DNA from: Archaeoglobus sp. JdFR-37
Lineage (GTDB): Archaea > Halobacteriota > Archaeoglobi > Archaeoglobales > Archaeoglobaceae
Length of the DNA stretch: 64,000 nucleotides
Direction of reading: 5' to 3'
Assembly: GCA_002010215.1 (NCBI GenBank)
Contig: MTMY01000033.1
Location: 1 to 64,000, forward strand
Shown here: piece after piece, positions 60,820-64,000 of the stretch
Layout of the letters: every line of letters starts with the position of its first letter
How positions within the stretch are numbered: position 1 is the first letter of the stretch
Program-made: the position numbers and the translations under genes
Notes under the pieces: generated by a model
The model's database searches: none
Told to the model about the DNA's origin: nothing
The model's input: the letters and a program-made list of their open reading frames with translations, nothing else

Positions 60820-61020
60820 TCATGATGTAGAGGCGGCATGCTGTATTTAAATTTTTAGCTCATATTGTTCAGCCATGTTTTCTGGATTTTGTTGCCCATC
60901 AGTAAAACCCTTTTATAGAGATAAGTAGCCCACATACCTTTACCTACCTCATAAAGGATTTGTATCAAATTGAGGAAAGTGTTAAATCTGGCAGCTTAGC
61001 TTCAGACCACTAAGAACACA

Positions 61021-61584
61021 TTAAGAACCAACAATCTTTTTTATGGCACCCTCTATATCTTCGGGCTTCTCCAGAATATAAATCCCATCCATTGCCTTGA
61101 GTTTTTCTACGTGTTCAACATCCTCCTTCCTTATCCTTAGCCTTAGCTTCCTGCCATCTGGTAGCTCTGTAGTAACTTCACCCTCCTCATAATCTGAAGG
61201 CATGATATATACTGGTACAAAAGCCTTGAGGGCCATGAGGGCTGCATTGGATAACAATGTGTCTGCTATACCGCTGGCAATTTTTGCTACAGTGTTTGAA
61301 GTAGCAGGAGCAATAACCAGCATGGCGTACTTACCAATTTGAACCTCACCGGCAAGAAAAGGAGAATTAGCATTCACCTCAACTGCAAATCTGTCAAAAG
61401 AACTCTTAACATCATCGTAAACTTTATACCACTTGAGAACTTGTTCTCCAGCCTTTGATGCAAAAATCCTGATCTCAACCAGATACAACTTTTTCACTTT
61501 CTTCATTACGTCGATTGTCTCTCTGAGCCTATCCCCTGCCCCTGTTATTCCCCAAGCTATCCTCACTTTTCCTATATTTTCCAT
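61021..61584 (-). CDS. afpA: Archaeoflavoprotein AfpA
   Basis: IAWGITGAG, NANSPFLAG, PATSNTVAKI..GIADTL, PSD, R.RKED. Confidence 0.88.
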   Translation of the reverse strand: MENIGKVRIAWGITGAGDRLRETIDVMKKVKKLYLVEIRIFASKAGEQVLKWYKVYDDVKSSFDRFAVEVNANSPFLAGEVQIGKYAMLVIAPATSNTVAKIASGIADTLLSNAALMALKAFVPVYIMPSDYEEGEVTTELPDGRKLRLRIRKEDVEHVEKLKAMDGIYILEKPEDIEGAIKKIVGS

Positions 61585-62158
61585 ACATTCTCAAATATTC
61601 CGCAAACTTCTTAAGAGTTTTCCTGAGGCTTCTAAACCCCTCCTCATCGTCCATTACTCCTTCAAGAGTATCTCTGCTCCATAGCGTTGCACCCAGATTG
61701 GCTCCAAAGAATCCACCACTCACAGGTATTACCCCGTTGAGAATGAAAAATGCATGGATCTGGAGAAGAGCAATCTCCTGTCCACCCATCCTGTCCCCTC
61801 CTACTGCAATACCCATTCCTACCTTACCTCGTAATGCGTTGGGATTTTTAGCCATGAGTGCACGGGTTCTGTCCATCACCGTTTTGAGTTGGGCAGAAAC
61901 TCCGCTGTTGTAAACCGGAGTTGCGAATATCAACCCTTCTGCATCTTCAAGAACGTCATATATTTCCCCCATTCCGTCTTGGAATATACACTCTTTCGCT
62001 TTTAAACAGTGATCGCAATGAATGCAGAAATTTATTTTCCGACCCCTAACGGTAATAAGCTTAGTTTCGAAACCCTCGTCTTCAAGGTATTTAAGTGCCT
62101 GAGAGAGCACATATTCTGTTGTTTTCTTTCTGGGGCTGCCTGAAATCCCAAGAATCAT
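61529..62158 (-). CDS. Iron-sulfur flavoprotein (Isf / multimeric flavodoxin)
   Basis: GISGSPR, CIHCDHC....C..D, TPVY, GG.R.GGQE. Confidence 0.88.
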   Translation of the reverse strand: MILGISGSPRKKTTEYVLSQALKYLEDEGFETKLITVRGRKINFCIHCDHCLKAKECIFQDGMGEIYDVLEDAEGLIFATPVYNSGVSAQLKTVMDRTRALMAKNPNALRGKVGMGIAVGGDRMGGQEIALLQIHAFFILNGVIPVSGGFFGANLGATLWSRDTLEGVMDDEEGFRSLRKTLKKFAEYLRMYGKYRKSEDSLGNNRGRG

Positions 62159-62238
62159 ATTTATAATGCTTGATTTACTAATTTAAATTTTGGGATAAAT
62201 GTCGAAATTAAAATATACTTCCCCGTTAAATTAACATT

Positions 62239-62862
62239 ATGAGCGATGCTGATTTGCTTGTGATTGCCGATCCTGGCGTTGAAGGCTCATCTCTCCTATT
62301 TGACCTTGCTACATCTGTTTCGGACAATGTTATATGGCTCGCATCAGAGCCAGCATTCACGATAAAAAATATTATTTTTTCCCACGATTATTCACCCGAT
62401 AAATTCACCATTTTCACAACCAAACAGATTGAAGGGTTCCATTTCGCCAACCTGATGAACCTCAATGAGATAAGCATAGGAATCTCCAAGGCAACATCTG
62501 GATTGAAGGATTTCAGCATGATAATCACGCTTCTTCCTGAACTCCTCCTGATCCATGGTCTGGAAAAAACATACATGTTCATGCTGAATACTATGTGGAA
62601 GATTCACAATCAGAACGGCAGGATATTCTGTCTTCTCACAAGGGGGGCTCAGCCAGAGAGAGATGAAATAATAGTTGGTCGGCTTTTTGCAATAGCCCTC
62701 AAACTTATCAGGAGGTTCTCAGAAAAGGCCTTCGAGCGGTATATTTTGCTGGAAACCCCTGTGGAGAGTGTAAAAGAAGATGTTTTTCCCGTCTCTACTG
62801 AAGGGTACAAAACGGTAATACCCCCTGCCCTCAAACACAAGCTTGTTGAAATAATGAAATAA
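62239..62862 (+). CDS. Hypothetical protein, possibly degenerate RecA/KaiC-like (DUF835-like)
   Basis: L.IADPG start, NL.EISI.IS pattern; weak resemblance only. Confidence 0.5.
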   Translation: MSDADLLVIADPGVEGSSLLFDLATSVSDNVIWLASEPAFTIKNIIFSHDYSPDKFTIFTTKQIEGFHFANLMNLNEISIGISKATSGLKDFSMIITLLPELLLIHGLEKTYMFMLNTMWKIHNQNGRIFCLLTRGAQPERDEIIVGRLFAIALKLIRRFSEKAFERYILLETPVESVKEDVFPVSTEGYKTVIPPALKHKLVEIMK

Positions 62863-62871
62863 ATTTATAAA

Positions 62872-63801
62872 CTATTTTCCATACATATATTCAAGCGATT
62901 TTACAAGCATTGTTATGACCTTATTCGCTTTCACATCAACTCCTAACTTTTCGCCTTCTGCAACTATCGCACCATTTAGAGTATCAATCTCTGTTCTGCG
63001 CTTTGCCTCCACATCCTGAAGCATAGAAACCTTATTATCTTTGGTTCCAGCGAAGGCCTGATAAACAAAGTCAGTGATGTTTTCCATCTCCGGGAAGTAG
63101 ATTCCCCTGGCTCTGGCAACATCCACGACTTCCTCTGCCAGCATCCTGATTAGCTCCTTAGTCTCACTGCATGCTAAGGCTTCAATACTGGTCATCCCGG
63201 TTATGGCTGCAACAGGGTTGCAGGCGACATTAGCAACGAGCTTCTTCCAAATGACTGCCTCGATATCGTCAACTACTTCAATCTGCTCTCCGGTCTTCTT
63301 CAGTTCGCCTATTACCTCCCAAAATCTCTCGTCAGGTTGCTTGTCGTACTTTCCAATCATCAAGAGGGGGCCATATCCACCAACGTACCTTATCACGTTC
63401 GGCTTCACAGGCATGCCGCTGTGAGCAGTTATTCCGGCAATAACTTTCTCCTTTCCTACAATGGATGCAATTATATCGTGAACTAGACCGTTCTGCACAG
63501 AAAGCACCATAGTGTCGTCTCCAATCATTGGCAATGCACCCTTTGTTGCGGGTTCAGTGGCATAACCTTTTACAGAAATCTGCACAAGGTCGACAACTCC
63601 GACTTCTTTAGGATTGGAGGTCACATTGATATTGTCAACGTGAACTTCAGAGCCGTCGGGCATGATTATCATAAATCCCTCTTTCCTGTACAGATCCACT
63701 TTATCCTTCACAACCTCGATCAGTGTAACTTCATGGGCTTTACTGAATATGTATGCAAAAATGCTACCGATAACTCCAGCCCCAACAATTGCAACCCGCA
63801 T
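62872..63801 (-). CDS. panE: 2-dehydropantoate 2-reductase family
   Basis: GAGVIG, VKGY, QNG, W.KLVAN...NP, SMLQD, TEID.LNG. Confidence 0.88.
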   Translation of the reverse strand: MRVAIVGAGVIGSIFAYIFSKAHEVTLIEVVKDKVDLYRKEGFMIIMPDGSEVHVDNINVTSNPKEVGVVDLVQISVKGYATEPATKGALPMIGDDTMVLSVQNGLVHDIIASIVGKEKVIAGITAHSGMPVKPNVIRYVGGYGPLLMIGKYDKQPDERFWEVIGELKKTGEQIEVVDDIEAVIWKKLVANVACNPVAAITGMTSIEALACSETKELIRMLAEEVVDVARARGIYFPEMENITDFVYQAFAGTKDNKVSMLQDVEAKRRTEIDTLNGAIVAEGEKLGVDVKANKVITMLVKSLEYMYGK

Positions 63802-63911
63802 ATTTAATAGTTACTTTACAGAATTTAAAAACTATTCGTGATAACTTGACACACTGTCTCAGGGTTCCAATGTATGATTAGCTTTTAATACTCTCCTGAT
63901 TGCATAATCTC

Positions 63912-64000
63912 ATGCCCGGCATAATTCCACATCGCCACTGTATAGTTTGTGGGAAAGCTGTTGAACCTGATGTTGTATATTGTAGTGATGAATGTCAGGA
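63912..64000 (+). CDS. DUF2116-type Zn-ribbon protein, 5' part (runs off window)
   Basis: MPGIIPHRHCIVCGKAVEPDVVYCSDEC. Confidence 0.75.
   Translation, partial: MPGIIPHRHCIVCGKAVEPDVVYCSDECQ

Overview
Chromosomal segment of a thermophilic euryarchaeon, most consistent with Archaeoglobaceae (AfpA, CofGH, beta-RFAP synthase, methanogenesis marker 11, Nop5/fibrillarin, rpl10e, archaeal initiator tRNA-Met). The first ~10 kb is accessory. It starts with the 5' end and end hairpin of an IS200/IS605 tnpA. An inactivated IS110-family (IS1111-type) element (209-1466) sits beside that hairpin, and its downstream non-coding region folds into a bridge/seek-RNA-like structure with four loop segments matching the element's own target and donor junctions. 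Next is an apparent catabolic island (AtuA/DUF1446 + DUF4387, NrpR-like regulator, DctM-like permease with no binding protein in the window, glutaryl-CoA-dehydrogenase-like enzyme, atypical SucCD) whose promoters carry six GGAA-N6-TTCC NrpR-type operators. The rest is mostly housekeeping and metabolic genes, plus a TA/pilin patch, a tungstate ABC operon with a ModE box, an FTR1 gene with a DtxR-like box, several small ORFs absent from the ORF track, and an 850-bp AT-rich, internally symmetric gene-free region (46367-47216). All calls come from reading motifs by eye; no database searches or folding programs were run.
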